Of a stretch of 64,000 bases of DNA, positions 28,278 through 39,011 are shown piece after piece; the stretch's first letter is position 1, and each line of letters begins with the position of its first letter. The stretch lies in contig CAUVXB020000001.1 of the NCBI GenBank assembly GCA_963555825.3, forward strand, positions 2,348,805-2,412,804. The letters are read 5' to 3'. Source of the DNA: Alphaproteobacteria bacterium. Lineage in GTDB: Bacteria; Pseudomonadota; Alphaproteobacteria; JAAXGF01. Position numbers and translations under genes: made by a program. Below the pieces are notes generated by a model, which saw only the letters and a list, made by a program, of their open reading frames with translations, was not told where the DNA came from and made no database searches.

Positions 28278-29631
28278 GAACAATATACTCGCCCGATCGA
28301 TCACACTGCTGTTGTTCGCCGCCGCGGTGACCCTCGCGACAACCGCCTGGGCCGCGAAGCTTTCGTTCATCCGCGACGCGGAAATCGAAACTACCATCCG
28401 CAACTACGCCACGCCACTATTCACGGCCGCCGGGTTGGAAGCCGAGGCAGTGCGCGTTCATCTGGTCAACGATCGCGCGCTCAACGCTTTCGTCGCCGGC
28501 GGCATGAACCTGTTCATCAACACCGGGTTGTTGATGCGCGTCGAATCGCCGAGCCAGCTGATTGGCGTCATCGCCCACGAAACCGGCCACATTGCCGGCG
28601 GCCATCTGGCACGCACCGAGGAGGCTCTGCGCGGCGCAAATGCGACGACCATACTGGCCTATGTGCTCGGCGCGGCGGCCGCCGTCGCGGGTTCGGGCGA
28701 CGCCGCCATCGCGATCATCGCCGGCGGCCAGTCGATCGGCCGGCAGAGCGTCCTGCAATACAGCCGCACCCAGGAACGCTCGGCCGATCAGTTCGCCGTC
28801 ACGACGCTCGAGCGGACCGGCCAGTCGTCGCGCGGCCTCTTGACGTTCCTCGAAATTCTCGGCGACCAGGACGTCCTGCCGACGAGCCAGCAGGCGCAAT
28901 ATGCGCGCTCTCACCCACTTGCGCAGGACCGTGTGAACTTCGTGCGCAACCACGTCGCCGGCTCGCGCTTCTCCGACGTCGAAGACACGCCCGAGAACGT
29001 CACGGCGTTCCACCGCATGCAAGCCAAGCTGTACGGCTTCCTCGACCCGACCGGCCGGGTGCTCAAGCGGTTCCCGGAAACCGACACCAGCGTCGAGGCG
29101 CGCTATGCCCGGTCGGTCGCCTATTACCGGCGGGTCGACATTCCGAACGCGCTCGCCGAGGTCGATTCGCTGATCGCCGAGGACCCGGCCGACCCCTATT
29201 TCCACGAGCTCAAGGGCCAGATTCTGTTCGAGAACGGCCGCATCCTCGAGGCAGCCGTATCCTATCAGGCCGCGGTCGAGCGTCTGCCCGCCTCGGCGCT
29301 GCTGCGCGTCGGCCTGGCGAGCGCGTTGATCGAGGCCGGCGACCCGGTGATGCTCGGCGCGGCGCGCGACCACCTCGAGACGGCGGTGTCGCTGAACCAC
29401 GACAACCCGACCACCTGGCGCCTCCTCAGCATCGTCTACGGCCGCAGCGACGACCCGGGCCGCTCGGCCCTCGCGAGTGCCGAGTTCGCGCTGCTCACCG
29501 GCCGTTACAAGGACGCCATTCGGTTCGCCGACCGTGCCGACCAATTCCTGCCGTTCGGCTCACCGACCCAGCTGCGCGTCGAGGACATCCGCTACGCGGC
29601 CAAGAACGCGCTCAAGAAAAAGAAGCGGTGA
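28276..29631 (+). CDS. M48 family metalloprotease with TPR (BepA/YfgC-like)
   Basis: [13 protein letters not shown] (HExxH), QERSAD, SHP. Confidence 0.9.
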   Translation: MNNILARSITLLLFAAAVTLATTAWAAKLSFIRDAEIETTIRNYATPLFTAAGLEAEAVRVHLVNDRALNAFVAGGMNLFINTGLLMRVESPSQLIGVIAHETGHIAGGHLARTEEALRGANATTILAYVLGAAAAVAGSGDAAIAIIAGGQSIGRQSVLQYSRTQERSADQFAVTTLERTGQSSRGLLTFLEILGDQDVLPTSQQAQYARSHPLAQDRVNFVRNHVAGSRFSDVEDTPENVTAFHRMQAKLYGFLDPTGRVLKRFPETDTSVEARYARSVAYYRRVDIPNALAEVDSLIAEDPADPYFHELKGQILFENGRILEAAVSYQAAVERLPASALLRVGLASALIEAGDPVMLGAARDHLETAVSLNHDNPTTWRLLSIVYGRSDDPGRSALASAEFALLTGRYKDAIRFADRADQFLPFGSPTQLRVEDIRYAAKNALKKKKR

Positions 29632-31118
29632 GGGCCGCGCCGCGCTTCGTTCTCGCGCTCGACCAGGGCACGACGTCAAGCCGCGCGATCCTGTTCGACG
29701 CCGCCGGCGCGCCGGCCGGCGTCGCCCAGCAGGAATTCGCGCAACACTACCCGGCCGACGGCTGGGTCGAGCATGACGCCGACGACATTTGGCGGTCGAC
29801 ACTGGAGGTCGCGCGCGCGGCGCTCGACGGCGCCGGCGTCGCCGCGACCGAGATCGCCGCCGTCGGCATCACCAACCAGCGCGAAACGACCGTCGTCTGG
29901 GAACGCGCCACCGGCGCACCGATCGCGCGCGCGATCGTCTGGCAGGATCGCCGCACCGCGCAATTGTGCGCCCGGCTCGTCGCCAACGGCCACGCCGAAA
30001 CGATCCGGGCCAAGACCGGGCTGGTCGTCGACGCCTACTTCTCGGCCAGCAAGATCGCCTGGCTGCTCGACAACGTCGCCGGCGCGCGGGCGCGGGCGGA
30101 ACGCGGCGAACTCGCCTTCGGCACGGTCGACAGCTTCCTCCTGTGGCGGCTAACGGGCGGCCGTGTCCACGCCACCGACGCGACCAATGCCAGCCGAACC
30201 ATGCTGTTCGACATCCATCGCCAGGATTGGGACGACGAACTCCTCACGCTGTTCAACGTGCCGCGCGCCATGCTGCCCGAGGTGCGCGATTCGAGCGCCG
30301 ACTTCGGCGCCACCGAGCCGGACCTGTTCGGGGCGGCAGTGCCGATCACCGGCATCGCCGGCGACCAGCAGGCGGCGGCGTTCGGCCAGGCGTGCCACAC
30401 GCCGGGCATGATCAAATCGACGTACGGCACCGGCTGCTTCGCCCTGTTGAACACCGGCGAGACCGCGGTCGCCTCGCGCAACCGGCTGCTGACGACGGTC
30501 GGCTATCGCCTCGGCGGACGGCCGGCCTACGCGCTCGAGGGCAGCATCTTCGTCGCCGGCGCGGCGATCAAATGGCTGCGCGACAGGCTCGGCCTGATCG
30601 ACCACGCTGGGGAAACCGCGGCGATGGCGGCAAAAGGCGGCGGCGGGGGCGTCTTTCTGGTGCCCGCCTTCGTCGGCCTCGGCGCGCCCTATTGGGACGC
30701 CGACGCGCGCGGCGCCATCGTCGGCATGACACTGGACACCGGCCGCGACGACATCGTCCGCGCCGCACTCGAGGCGGTCGCCTACCAGACCCGCGACCTG
30801 ATGGAAGCGATGACCGCCGATGGCGCGGTGACGCCCGTCGCGGTGCGCGTCGACGGCGGCATGGCGGTCAATGACTGGGCCATGCAGTTCCTGGCCGACA
30901 TGCTGGGTACCCCGGTCGAACGGCCGACCGTGACCGAAACGACGGCGCGCGGCGCGGCCTATCTCGCCGGCCTCCACACCGGCTTCTTCGATGGTCTCGA
31001 GGCGATCGCGGGGCAGTGGCGCAGCGATCGATTGTTCGAGCCGGCGATGGGCGCCGACGAGCGCGAAACCCGCTACGCCGGCTGGCGCGCCGCGGTGGCG
31101 CGCGTACGCGGCGCCTGA
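29628..31118 (+). CDS. glpK: Glycerol kinase
   Basis: [48 protein letters not shown]. Confidence 0.96.
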   Translation: MRAAPRFVLALDQGTTSSRAILFDAAGAPAGVAQQEFAQHYPADGWVEHDADDIWRSTLEVARAALDGAGVAATEIAAVGITNQRETTVVWERATGAPIARAIVWQDRRTAQLCARLVANGHAETIRAKTGLVVDAYFSASKIAWLLDNVAGARARAERGELAFGTVDSFLLWRLTGGRVHATDATNASRTMLFDIHRQDWDDELLTLFNVPRAMLPEVRDSSADFGATEPDLFGAAVPITGIAGDQQAAAFGQACHTPGMIKSTYGTGCFALLNTGETAVASRNRLLTTVGYRLGGRPAYALEGSIFVAGAAIKWLRDRLGLIDHAGETAAMAAKGGGGGVFLVPAFVGLGAPYWDADARGAIVGMTLDTGRDDIVRAALEAVAYQTRDLMEAMTADGAVTPVAVRVDGGMAVNDWAMQFLADMLGTPVERPTVTETTARGAAYLAGLHTGFFDGLEAIAGQWRSDRLFEPAMGADERETRYAGWRAAVARVRGA

Positions 31119-31208
31119 TCAATCCCGCGTGAGCCGCCGCGCGCCTAACTTGTCGGCGCGGGTCGCAGATGGCATGATGGCGCGCCTGTTGTCACGAGAG
31201 GTTTTTCA

Positions 31209-31985
31209 ATGAGCTTGTCGACCGACCATCCCTTCCGGCGCCTGGCTATTGGCGTAGTCTCGTTCCTCGCGATCACCGTCATGACGGTGGGAGCGGCGCG
31301 CGCCGAGCACAAGGTGACGACGCCCGAGCAGGCCGACATCGAGGGTGCGATCCACCAGTACCTGCTCGAGCACCCCGAGGTGATCATCGAGGCGGTCGAG
31401 ATCCTGCGTGAGCGCGAGCAGGCCGGCAAGGTGGCCGGCGCGCGCGAGCAGATCGAGCTGCAGCGCGAAACGCTGATCAACGACCCGACTTCGCCAATCG
31501 GCGGCAACCCCGATGGCGACGTCACGCTGGTCGAGTTCTTCGATTATCACTGCGGCTATTGCAAGCGCGTGCTCGGCGACATGCTGGTGCTGCTCGACGA
31601 CGATCCCAACGTGCGCGTCGTATACAAGGAATTCCCGATACTCGGCCCGCAGTCGGTCACCGCCGCGCGCATCGCGCTCGCCGCCAACCGTCAGGACCCC
31701 GCCAAGTACATGGACTTCCACGTCGCGCTGATGGCCAGCCGCGCGCGGCTCAACGAGGATCGCGCTTTTCAGATGGCGCGCGAGATGGGCTTCGACGTCG
31801 ACGGTCTCAAGGCCGACATGAACTCGGACGAAATCAGCCGGATAATCCAGGACAATATCGAACTGGCCCGCGCACTCGGCATCAACGGCACGCCGAGCTT
31901 CATCATCGGCGACCAACTGGTCCCCGGCGCGGTCAGCCTCGACACGCTCAAGGAACTGATCGCGCGCGCGCGCGCCGCCAGCTAA
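31209..31985 (+). CDS. DsbA family (Com1-like) thiol-disulfide oxidoreductase
   Basis: EFFDYHCGYCK, KEFPILG, GTP. Confidence 0.9.
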   Translation: MSLSTDHPFRRLAIGVVSFLAITVMTVGAARAEHKVTTPEQADIEGAIHQYLLEHPEVIIEAVEILREREQAGKVAGAREQIELQRETLINDPTSPIGGNPDGDVTLVEFFDYHCGYCKRVLGDMLVLLDDDPNVRVVYKEFPILGPQSVTAARIALAANRQDPAKYMDFHVALMASRARLNEDRAFQMAREMGFDVDGLKADMNSDEISRIIQDNIELARALGINGTPSFIIGDQLVPGAVSLDTLKELIARARAAS

Positions 31986-32159
31986 CGCATAGTCCGATCG
32001 ATAGAAACCGGTCGGTTTACTTCAGCCCGCGCCAGTTCTGGTGGGACAAAAGGGGGGCCGCCGACCGTTCGGCCACCCTTGATCCCATAAGATTGGCGTG
32101 CGCGGCGATTGAGCGCAGGTCGTCTTTACGTAAGTCAAAGATGACCGCACAAATGATTA
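31983..32159 (+). repeat. Dispersed multi-hairpin intergenic element, copy 2
   Basis: Aligns with 15287-15462 and spans exactly from one stop codon to the next. Confidence 0.9.
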
Positions 32160-32813
32160 GCGCAGCCTGTCGCGCGCGATGACGATGGAATTCAGGAAGC
32201 CAGGCGCCGTCGTCTCGTCGTCGTAGTCGGCTTGGGCGACGCATGTGACGGCGTTGACGCCGTATTTGTAGCCGTTCTGCTGAATTCCCCAATACGTCAA
32301 CGCGGCGATACAGACGCGATCGGCGCAGCCAATCGAGGCATAGAACCAGGTCGATCCGGCGAGCTTCATCGAGCGCGTCGGCGACCAACCGGCGCCCTGG
32401 CCTGTGGCGCAGTGCAAGCGGCGCTTCGACGCCCATTGGGCGACGTTCGCGATGAATGGCAGGTGGCTGCGGAACATCGCCTCGTTGAGCGTGACCGCGG
32501 CGGCGCCGACCGGTGTCTCGGCGCGAACCGCGTAGACGTTGCCGCGCGCTTCGGCCTCGCTGATTCGCGGATCGGGCGGCGACATGCGTTTGTAATGCTG
32601 GTTGCCGTCGAAGGCAGGGTGCCCGATCGCCGCGTCGAAGCTGCAACGCGCCGCCGCGCCGGCGCCCTCGATTGAAATTGGCGCCGCCGCGCAATCGGCC
32701 GGCGTCGCGTCACGCTCGATCAAGGCAATCTGTGCGACGGCGACCGTCGGCTGGAGCAGCAGAAACGCCCCGGCGATGAAAGCGAGCCCCGTCGATCGAC
32801 ACCACGCCAGCAT
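32157..32813 (-). CDS. Hypothetical exported, Cys-containing protein
   Basis: Signal-peptide-like N-terminus (AVA-Q); fills the gap between neighbouring genes. Confidence 0.55.
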   Translation of the reverse strand: MLAWCRSTGLAFIAGAFLLLQPTVAVAQIALIERDATPADCAAAPISIEGAGAAARCSFDAAIGHPAFDGNQHYKRMSPPDPRISEAEARGNVYAVRAETPVGAAAVTLNEAMFRSHLPFIANVAQWASKRRLHCATGQGAGWSPTRSMKLAGSTWFYASIGCADRVCIAALTYWGIQQNGYKYGVNAVTCVAQADYDDETTAPGFLNSIVIARDRLR

Positions 32814-32944
32814 GCGACACCCCCTTCGGCAACCGGCGCGTACAACGCCACACCATGCCGCGCTTGACAAGCGGCTTGCCGCCGGGCCAGCGTGTCGGCT
32901 CCGCCGCGCCGCCGCGGCGACCGACATTCACGAGGCCGGAAGAG

Positions 32945-33868
32945 ATGACCGAGCAACACCGTATGTGTGGCGTCTTCGCCCCCGTGCTGACGCCCATGCG
33001 CGACGACCTGAGCCCCGATACCGAGCGCTTCGTGGCGCTGTGCAAATCGCTGCTCGAAGACGGCTGCCACGGCCTGGTTCTGTTCGGCACCACCAGCGAG
33101 GCCAACTCGCTCGGGCTCGACGAGCGCATCGCGCTGACCGAGGCCGTTGTCGACGCCGGCGTCTCGCCCGAGTTGCTGATGGTCGGCACCGGGCTGTGCG
33201 CGTTGCCCGAGACGGTTCGCCTGACGCGCCATGCGGTCGCGCTGGGCTGCGCCGGCGTGCTGATGCTGCCGCCGTTCTATTACAAGGGGATGAGCGACGA
33301 GGGCCTCTACCGCGCCTTCGCCGAGGTCTTCGACCGCGTCGCCGACGACCGGCTGCGCGTCTACCTCTACCACTTCCCCAAGATATCGGCGGTGGCGCTC
33401 GGCCTCGACCTGATCGAGCGGCTCAGGGCCTCCCATGGCGACACCGTCGCCGGCGTCAAGGACAGCTCGGGCGACTGGTCAAACACCAGCGCGCTGCTCG
33501 AGCGCTTCCCCGGCTTCGGCGTCTTCACGGGCACCGAGACGCTGATGCTCGCGAGCCTCAGGGGCGGCGGGCCAGGCTGCATCTCGGCAACTGCCAACAT
33601 CAACGCGCACGCGCTGCGCGAGCTCTACGACAACTGGCGGACCGCCGACGCCGACGCGATCGACGCGCGCGTCCGCGCGGTGCGCCGGGCGGCCGAGACC
33701 AAGCCGACGATCCCGGGCCTCAAGGCGGTGCTGGCGCGCCAGTTGGGCGACGCCGGCTGGCTCAACCTGCGCCCGCCGCTGGTCGGCCTCGACGCCGCCC
33801 GGCAGGCCGAGCTGTTCGCCGAGCTGGAGGCAGCCGGCTACCGCCTCGCCCGCGCCGCCGCCGAATAG
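32945..33868 (+). CDS. Dihydrodipicolinate synthase family protein
   Basis: GVFAPVLTP, FGTTSE, PPFYY, YLYHFP, GVKDSSG. Confidence 0.9.
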   Translation: MTEQHRMCGVFAPVLTPMRDDLSPDTERFVALCKSLLEDGCHGLVLFGTTSEANSLGLDERIALTEAVVDAGVSPELLMVGTGLCALPETVRLTRHAVALGCAGVLMLPPFYYKGMSDEGLYRAFAEVFDRVADDRLRVYLYHFPKISAVALGLDLIERLRASHGDTVAGVKDSSGDWSNTSALLERFPGFGVFTGTETLMLASLRGGGPGCISATANINAHALRELYDNWRTADADAIDARVRAVRRAAETKPTIPGLKAVLARQLGDAGWLNLRPPLVGLDAARQAELFAELEAAGYRLARAAAE

Positions 33869-33890
33869 CCGACGCGCCTGCGTGGTGGAT

Positions 33891-34048
33891 TAAGTTCAGC
33901 CCGCGCCAATCGTATCCCAACAAGAGGCGGGCCACCGACCGTTCGGCCAATCCTTGTCGGATTAAGAATGGCCTTGTGGGATTAAGATTGGCATGCGCGG
34001 TGATTGATCGCAGGTCACCGAAGGTGACCGTACAAACAAACACGACTA
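33891..34048 (+). repeat. Dispersed multi-hairpin intergenic element, copy 3
   Basis: Same core as the other copies; lacks the first hairpin; ends at the amtB stop codon. Confidence 0.85.
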
Positions 34049-35329
34049 ACCCACGCTTTCGCCGTGTTGGCCGATGTCGAGGCCTTCGCGCTCAGCTTCT
34101 TCGTCGACGCGCAGCGGGATCACCAAGCCGATCAGCTTGAGCAGCGCGAACGAGACCACGCCACAGTAGGCGACGGTCACGGCGATGCCGTAGATCTGGG
34201 TGCCGATCTGGCCCCAGTTGCCCTCGAGCGCGCCGGACGCACCGCCGACCGCCTCGACCGCGAAGACGCCGGTGAGCAGCGCGCCGACGATGCCGCCGAG
34301 GCCGTGCACGGCGAAGACGTCGAGCGAGTCGTCATAGCCCAGCCTGTGCTTGAGCCAGGTCGCACCCCAGAAGCAGGCGGCGCCGGCGATGACGCCGATG
34401 GCGAGCGCCCCGGCGCCGTCGACGTAGCCCGAGGCCGGCGTGATCGCGACCAGGCCGGCGATCGCGCCCGAGGCGATGCCCAGCACGCTCGGCTTCTTGT
34501 GGATCAGCCACTCGATGAACATCCAGGAAAGCGCCGCGGCGGCGGCGGCGATCTGCGTCACCGCCATGGCCATGCCCGCCGCGCCGTCGGCGGCGACCTC
34601 CGAGCCGGCGTTGAAGCCGAACCAGCCGACCCACAGCAGCGAGGCGCCGATGACCGTCAGCACCAGGTTGTGCGGCGCCATGTTCTCGCGCCCGTAGCCG
34701 ACCCGCTTGCCGAGCACCAGCGCGGCGACCAGGGCGGCGACGCCCGAGTTGATGTGCACCACGGTGCCGCCGGCGAAGTCGAGCACGCCGGCGGCGCCAA
34801 CGCCAAGGAAGCCGCCGCCCCACACCCAGTAGCAGATCGGCGCATAGACGATCAGCGACCACAGCCCGACGAACCACAACAGCGCCGAGAATCGCATGCG
34901 CTCGGCGATCGCCCCGGTGATCAGCGCGGGCGTGATGATGGCGAATGTCATCTGGAAGATCATGAACACCGATTCGGGGATAGTGCCGCTCAGCGCATCG
35001 GTCGTCAGGCCGCGCAGGAACAGCCGATCGAGGCCGCCGACCAAGGCGCCGCCCGGGCTGAACGCCAGGCTGTAGCCGGCGACCATCCAGACCACCGTGA
35101 TCAGGCAGACGACGGTGAACGACTGCATCACCGTGCCGAGCACGTTCTTCTTGCGCACCATGCCGCCATAAAACAGCGCGACGCCCGGAATCGTCATCAT
35201 CAGGACCAGCACCGTCGCGGTCAGCATCCAGGCGGTGTCGCCGCTGTCGAGCGCCGCCGCATCCTGCGCCAACGCCGGCGCCGCCCAGAGCGCGCCGACA
35301 AGGAATAGTCCCGCCACCAAAATTCGCAT
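34046..35329 (-). CDS. amtB: Ammonium transporter
   Basis: DSGDTAWML, FQMTFAIITPAL, DFAGGTVVH, LWVGWFGFNAGS, DDSLDVFAVHG. Confidence 0.95.
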   Translation of the reverse strand: MRILVAGLFLVGALWAAPALAQDAAALDSGDTAWMLTATVLVLMMTIPGVALFYGGMVRKKNVLGTVMQSFTVVCLITVVWMVAGYSLAFSPGGALVGGLDRLFLRGLTTDALSGTIPESVFMIFQMTFAIITPALITGAIAERMRFSALLWFVGLWSLIVYAPICYWVWGGGFLGVGAAGVLDFAGGTVVHINSGVAALVAALVLGKRVGYGRENMAPHNLVLTVIGASLLWVGWFGFNAGSEVAADGAAGMAMAVTQIAAAAAALSWMFIEWLIHKKPSVLGIASGAIAGLVAITPASGYVDGAGALAIGVIAGAACFWGATWLKHRLGYDDSLDVFAVHGLGGIVGALLTGVFAVEAVGGASGALEGNWGQIGTQIYGIAVTVAYCGVVSFALLKLIGLVIPLRVDEEAEREGLDIGQHGESVG

Positions 35330-35405
35330 GCCATAGCTCCCAGTCCATGTCCGGCGGCCTGGCGAACGCGCCGGCCACTCGTGGTCTCGATTCACAGATG
35401 AAGAC

Positions 35406-35552
35406 CCAAGAATCGTGCCAATAGCCCAAAGCCATTGGGATTCATGGAATTTCAGGAGGTTCGCACAGGCCGCGGGCACGCGCCCTTACGCCGCCGGCCA
35501 ATAATATTGCCTAAATATTAAGCTCTCGAAAAATTTGGTTTATTTTTAGGCA
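35406..35552 (-). promoter_or_regulatory. Sigma54 promoter with two NtrC-like upstream sites
   Basis: TGGCACG-N4-TTGG (35420-35406); TGCCTAAATATTAAGCT (35508) and TGGTTTATTTTTAGGCA (35536). Confidence 0.6.
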
Positions 35553-35613
35553 ATTCCGGCGCCGTCGCCATCGCTATCCGGTGTCGGTAGACTGGGCTTC
35601 GATCGGCGCTGGG

Positions 35614-36117
35614 ATGATGGGGAATCGTCGGATGGCTGCTTGCCGCGGGCGCGCAACGGGGACCGGGCTGGCCGAACTGCGGCGCGTTCTCTTCGTCGTC
35701 GCGGTCGGCCTTGTCGTCGTCGGGTGGACACCGGCTACGCGTGCCGATGAGCTTGTCTCGCGCATCGAGGCCCGCGAACTGGGCGGCGCGGCGATGACCT
35801 TCCTGGTGTTCGGACCCGAGCGCGGCCAGCTGATGTGCTACGTCGACGGCTGGTCGCTGTGGTTCGGGCTTTATCTCGCCTGCGATGATTGCCGGATCGA
35901 AGCGCCCGACTGCATCCTGTTGTCCACTCTCGACGCCGGCGTGGGCGGCATGCGCGACAAGCTCGGCATCGACCTCCCCTACGCCGCCTTCGGCGACACC
36001 CGCGTCGTGTTCGACGGCTTCTCGGGCGCCGCGTTGCTCGACCTCTGCCACGCCTTCGCGGCGAGCCTCGCGGAAAGCGACGACCCCGCCGCGCTGTGCA
36101 TCGAACCGGTGCCTTAG
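35614..36117 (+). CDS. Hypothetical exported protein (start uncertain)
   Basis: Hydrophobic leader ending TRA-D; GC-rich third codon positions. Confidence 0.5.
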   Translation: MMGNRRMAACRGRATGTGLAELRRVLFVVAVGLVVVGWTPATRADELVSRIEARELGGAAMTFLVFGPERGQLMCYVDGWSLWFGLYLACDDCRIEAPDCILLSTLDAGVGGMRDKLGIDLPYAAFGDTRVVFDGFSGAALLDLCHAFAASLAESDDPAALCIEPVP

Positions 36118-36248
36118 CGCCTAATCCGATCGATCGAAACCGATCGTATTTACCAGCCCGCGACCGCGGGCCGCCGACCGTTCGGCGAAAGCATGCGCGG
36201 CGACTGAGCGCAGGTCATCTTTACGCAGTAAAGGTGACCGCACAAAAA
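36115..36248 (+). repeat. Dispersed multi-hairpin intergenic element, copy 4 (minimal form)
   Basis: All conserved blocks kept, variable loops shortened. Confidence 0.88.
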
Positions 36249-36380
36249 ACGCAACCCTGCGCAACAATCTGCTTGCGATTTCGAAGCATTCGCCGAACAC
36301 TCGCGATTATGGCGTCGGGCCTTCGGGGAAGTTTCCCGATCCGGCCCGAACGGGTGTCGGTGAAGCGGGAGGCGACTGAC

Positions 36381-37940
36381 ATGGCGCGACCACAAAGACG
36401 CGGGCGCGAGGCCCGCATGGCCGAACGGCAAGCCCCATCTCCGGTCGAAGAGCGTCCGGTCTGGCCCGGCCTCGAGGGCGGCAAGTTCAAGGCCCTCAGT
36501 CAGCGCGAGATGGAGCGCGTCCACGAGACCGCGCTCGACCTCCTGGAGAAGGTCGGCCTCGCCGACTCGACGCCCGAGATGGTCGAGCTGGTGACCGCCG
36601 CCGGCGGCACGATGTCGGACACAGGCCGGCTTCACTTCCCGCGCGCGCTGGTCGAGGACATCATCGCCAGCACGCGGCGCGGCATCGTCATGCCGGGTTT
36701 CGCGTCCGAGCACGACATGGACGTCAGCGGGACCAAGCTCTATTGCGGCACCGGCGGCGCCGCGCCCTACATCGTCGACTTCGAGACCGGCGATTACCGC
36801 GAGACGGTGCTCGCCGACCTCTACGACATCGCACGCCTGGTCGACTCGCTCGACAACATCCATTTCTTCTGGCGCACCATCGTCACGCGCGACATGCCGA
36901 CCAACCGCGACCTCGACATCAATACCGTCTACGCCTGCATGAGCGGCACCGCGAAGCATATCGGCGCCAGCTTCGTTAACGCCGACAACGTCGCCGAGGC
37001 GGTCGACATGTTCGACGTCGCGCTGGGCGGCGAGGGCCGCTTCCGCGAGCGGCCGTTCTGCACGATCTCGTGCTGCCACGTCGTGCCGCCGCTGCGCTTC
37101 GCCGTCGATTCCTGCGACGCGCTCGCCATGGCGGTGCGCCGCGGCATGCCGGTGCTGCTGCTGTCGGCCGGCCAGGCCGGCGCGACCAGCCCGTCGGCGC
37201 TCGCCGGCTCGGTCGTCCAGGCGGTCGCCGAGGTGCTCGCCGGCCTGGTGTTCGCCAACCTGATCAGCCCCGAGTGCAAGACGCTGTTCGGCACCTGGCC
37301 CTTCGTCTCGGACCTGCGCACCGGGGCGATGAGCGGCGGCAGCGGCGAACAAGCAACGCTGATGGCCGCCTGCGGCCAGATGGCGACCTTCTACGACCTG
37401 CCGAGCAGCATCGCCGCCGGCATGGCGGACTCGAAGATCCCCGACGCCCAGTCGGGCGCCGAGAAGGGCTACACCACCGTGCTGGCGGCCAATTCGGGCG
37501 TCAACCTGGTGCAAGAGAGCGCCGGCATGCAGGCCAGCCTGCTGGGCACCTCGTTCGAGGGCTATGTCATCGACAACGACGTCTTGGGCGCCGTGCAGCG
37601 CACCGTACGCGGCATCGAGGTGACCGACGAGACGCTGTCCTTCGAGGTCATCAAGGAAGTCGTCACCGAAGGGCCCGGCCACTACCTGGGCACCGACCAG
37701 ACGCTGAGCGGCATGGAGAAGGACTACTTCTACCCGGCGGTCGGCGACCGCAACACGCCGGCCGACTGGGAGGAGCTGGGCGCCACCGACGTGCGCGACC
37801 GCGCCAAGGACAAGGTGCGCGAAACGCTCGCCGCCCACTTCCCGAGCCACATCGACGAGGCGATCGACCAGCGCGTCCGCGAGCGGTTCAACATCCTGCT
37901 GCCGCGCGAGAACATGCTTCCCGGCAACACGCGCTGGTGA
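36381..37940 (+). CDS. Trimethylamine methyltransferase (MttB) family protein, non-pyrrolysine
   Basis: VVPPLRF, QAGATSP, DLRTGAMSGGSGE, DSKIPDAQSGAEK, GPGHYLG; no in-frame amber codon. Confidence 0.9.
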   Translation: MARPQRRGREARMAERQAPSPVEERPVWPGLEGGKFKALSQREMERVHETALDLLEKVGLADSTPEMVELVTAAGGTMSDTGRLHFPRALVEDIIASTRRGIVMPGFASEHDMDVSGTKLYCGTGGAAPYIVDFETGDYRETVLADLYDIARLVDSLDNIHFFWRTIVTRDMPTNRDLDINTVYACMSGTAKHIGASFVNADNVAEAVDMFDVALGGEGRFRERPFCTISCCHVVPPLRFAVDSCDALAMAVRRGMPVLLLSAGQAGATSPSALAGSVVQAVAEVLAGLVFANLISPECKTLFGTWPFVSDLRTGAMSGGSGEQATLMAACGQMATFYDLPSSIAAGMADSKIPDAQSGAEKGYTTVLAANSGVNLVQESAGMQASLLGTSFEGYVIDNDVLGAVQRTVRGIEVTDETLSFEVIKEVVTEGPGHYLGTDQTLSGMEKDYFYPAVGDRNTPADWEELGATDVRDRAKDKVRETLAAHFPSHIDEAIDQRVRERFNILLPRENMLPGNTRW

Positions 37941-38033
37941 GCCGGCCGCACGAGACCATGCCGGCAGGGTGGCCGCGCCCGGTCCGGCCCGCTCACGGCA
38001 CCGAGCCTTCAGCGTAGGCGGAGCGATCGAGCG

Positions 38034-39011
38034 ATGACGGAAGACCAGGAATGGGAATTCCCCGCGGCGGCGCAGCCGAACGCCGAGGACGTCGGCTTCG
38101 CGCTCGACGAGGTGCTGTCGTCCGTCCTGTCGCTTCGGTCCGAGATTCCCGACGACGCATTCACCGCGTCGATCCTGGGCACCCAGCGCGGTGGCAACGG
38201 CGTGGTCATCGGCGACGACGGCCTGGTCCTGACGATCGGCTATCTGATCGCCGAGGCAGAAACGGTCTGGCTGGTCTCGGGTGACGGCAAGGCGACGCCG
38301 GCGCATGTCGTCGGCTACGATCAGACGACGGGCTTCGGCCTGGTCCAGGCGTTGGGGCGGCTCGACGCGCTGGCGATCACGCTCGGCACGTCGCGAACGA
38401 CGCGCGTCGGCGACCCGGTCATCGTCGCCGGCAGCGGCGGCCGTCGGCACGCGTTGAACGCCCGGATCATGGCCAAACGCGAATTCGCCGGCTATTGGGA
38501 ATACCTCCTCGACGAGGCGATATTCACCGAGCCGGCGCACCCACTGTGGGGCGGCGCGGCGCTCATCGGCGCGGACGGCAAGCTGCAGGGCATCGGTTCG
38601 CTGCTCGTTCAAGCGGCGCGCGACGACGACGCGTCGGACGAGATCAACATGTTCGTTCCGATCGACCTCTTGGCGCCGATACTCGACGACATGCTCAAGT
38701 ACGGCAAGGTCGACCAGCCGCCGCGCCCGTGGCTCGGCATGCTCACGATGGAAGCCGACAACAGCCTCGTCGTCGCGGGGCTGACCGAAGGAGCGCCGGC
38801 GAACCAGGCGGGCCTACGGCTCGGCGACGCCGTCGTGAAGGTCGCCGAGGCGCCGGTCGTCGATCTGGTCGACATGTATCGCCGGATCTGGGCGCTCGGC
38901 CCGGCCGGAACGGTCATTCCCTTGACGATTAACCGAAGCGGCGCCGAGCGCGCCGTCGATGTGCATTCGGCCGATCGCAACGCGTTCCTCAAACCGCCCG
39001 ACCTGCACTAA
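38034..39011 (+). CDS. S1C/trypsin-like protease family protein with PDZ domain
   Basis: GNGVVI, LTIGYLI, FAGYWEYLLDEAIFT, RPWLG followed by a PDZ domain. Confidence 0.85.
   Translation: MTEDQEWEFPAAAQPNAEDVGFALDEVLSSVLSLRSEIPDDAFTASILGTQRGGNGVVIGDDGLVLTIGYLIAEAETVWLVSGDGKATPAHVVGYDQTTGFGLVQALGRLDALAITLGTSRTTRVGDPVIVAGSGGRRHALNARIMAKREFAGYWEYLLDEAIFTEPAHPLWGGAALIGADGKLQGIGSLLVQAARDDDASDEINMFVPIDLLAPILDDMLKYGKVDQPPRPWLGMLTMEADNSLVVAGLTEGAPANQAGLRLGDAVVKVAEAPVVDLVDMYRRIWALGPAGTVIPLTINRSGAERAVDVHSADRNAFLKPPDLH

Noticed and set aside
15287-36248. Dispersed repeat read on the minus strand begins TTT-GTGCG, like a group II intron 5' end
   Set aside because: Far too short, no domain V/VI, no RT gene, one copy reads GTACG, and wobble pairs favour the + strand
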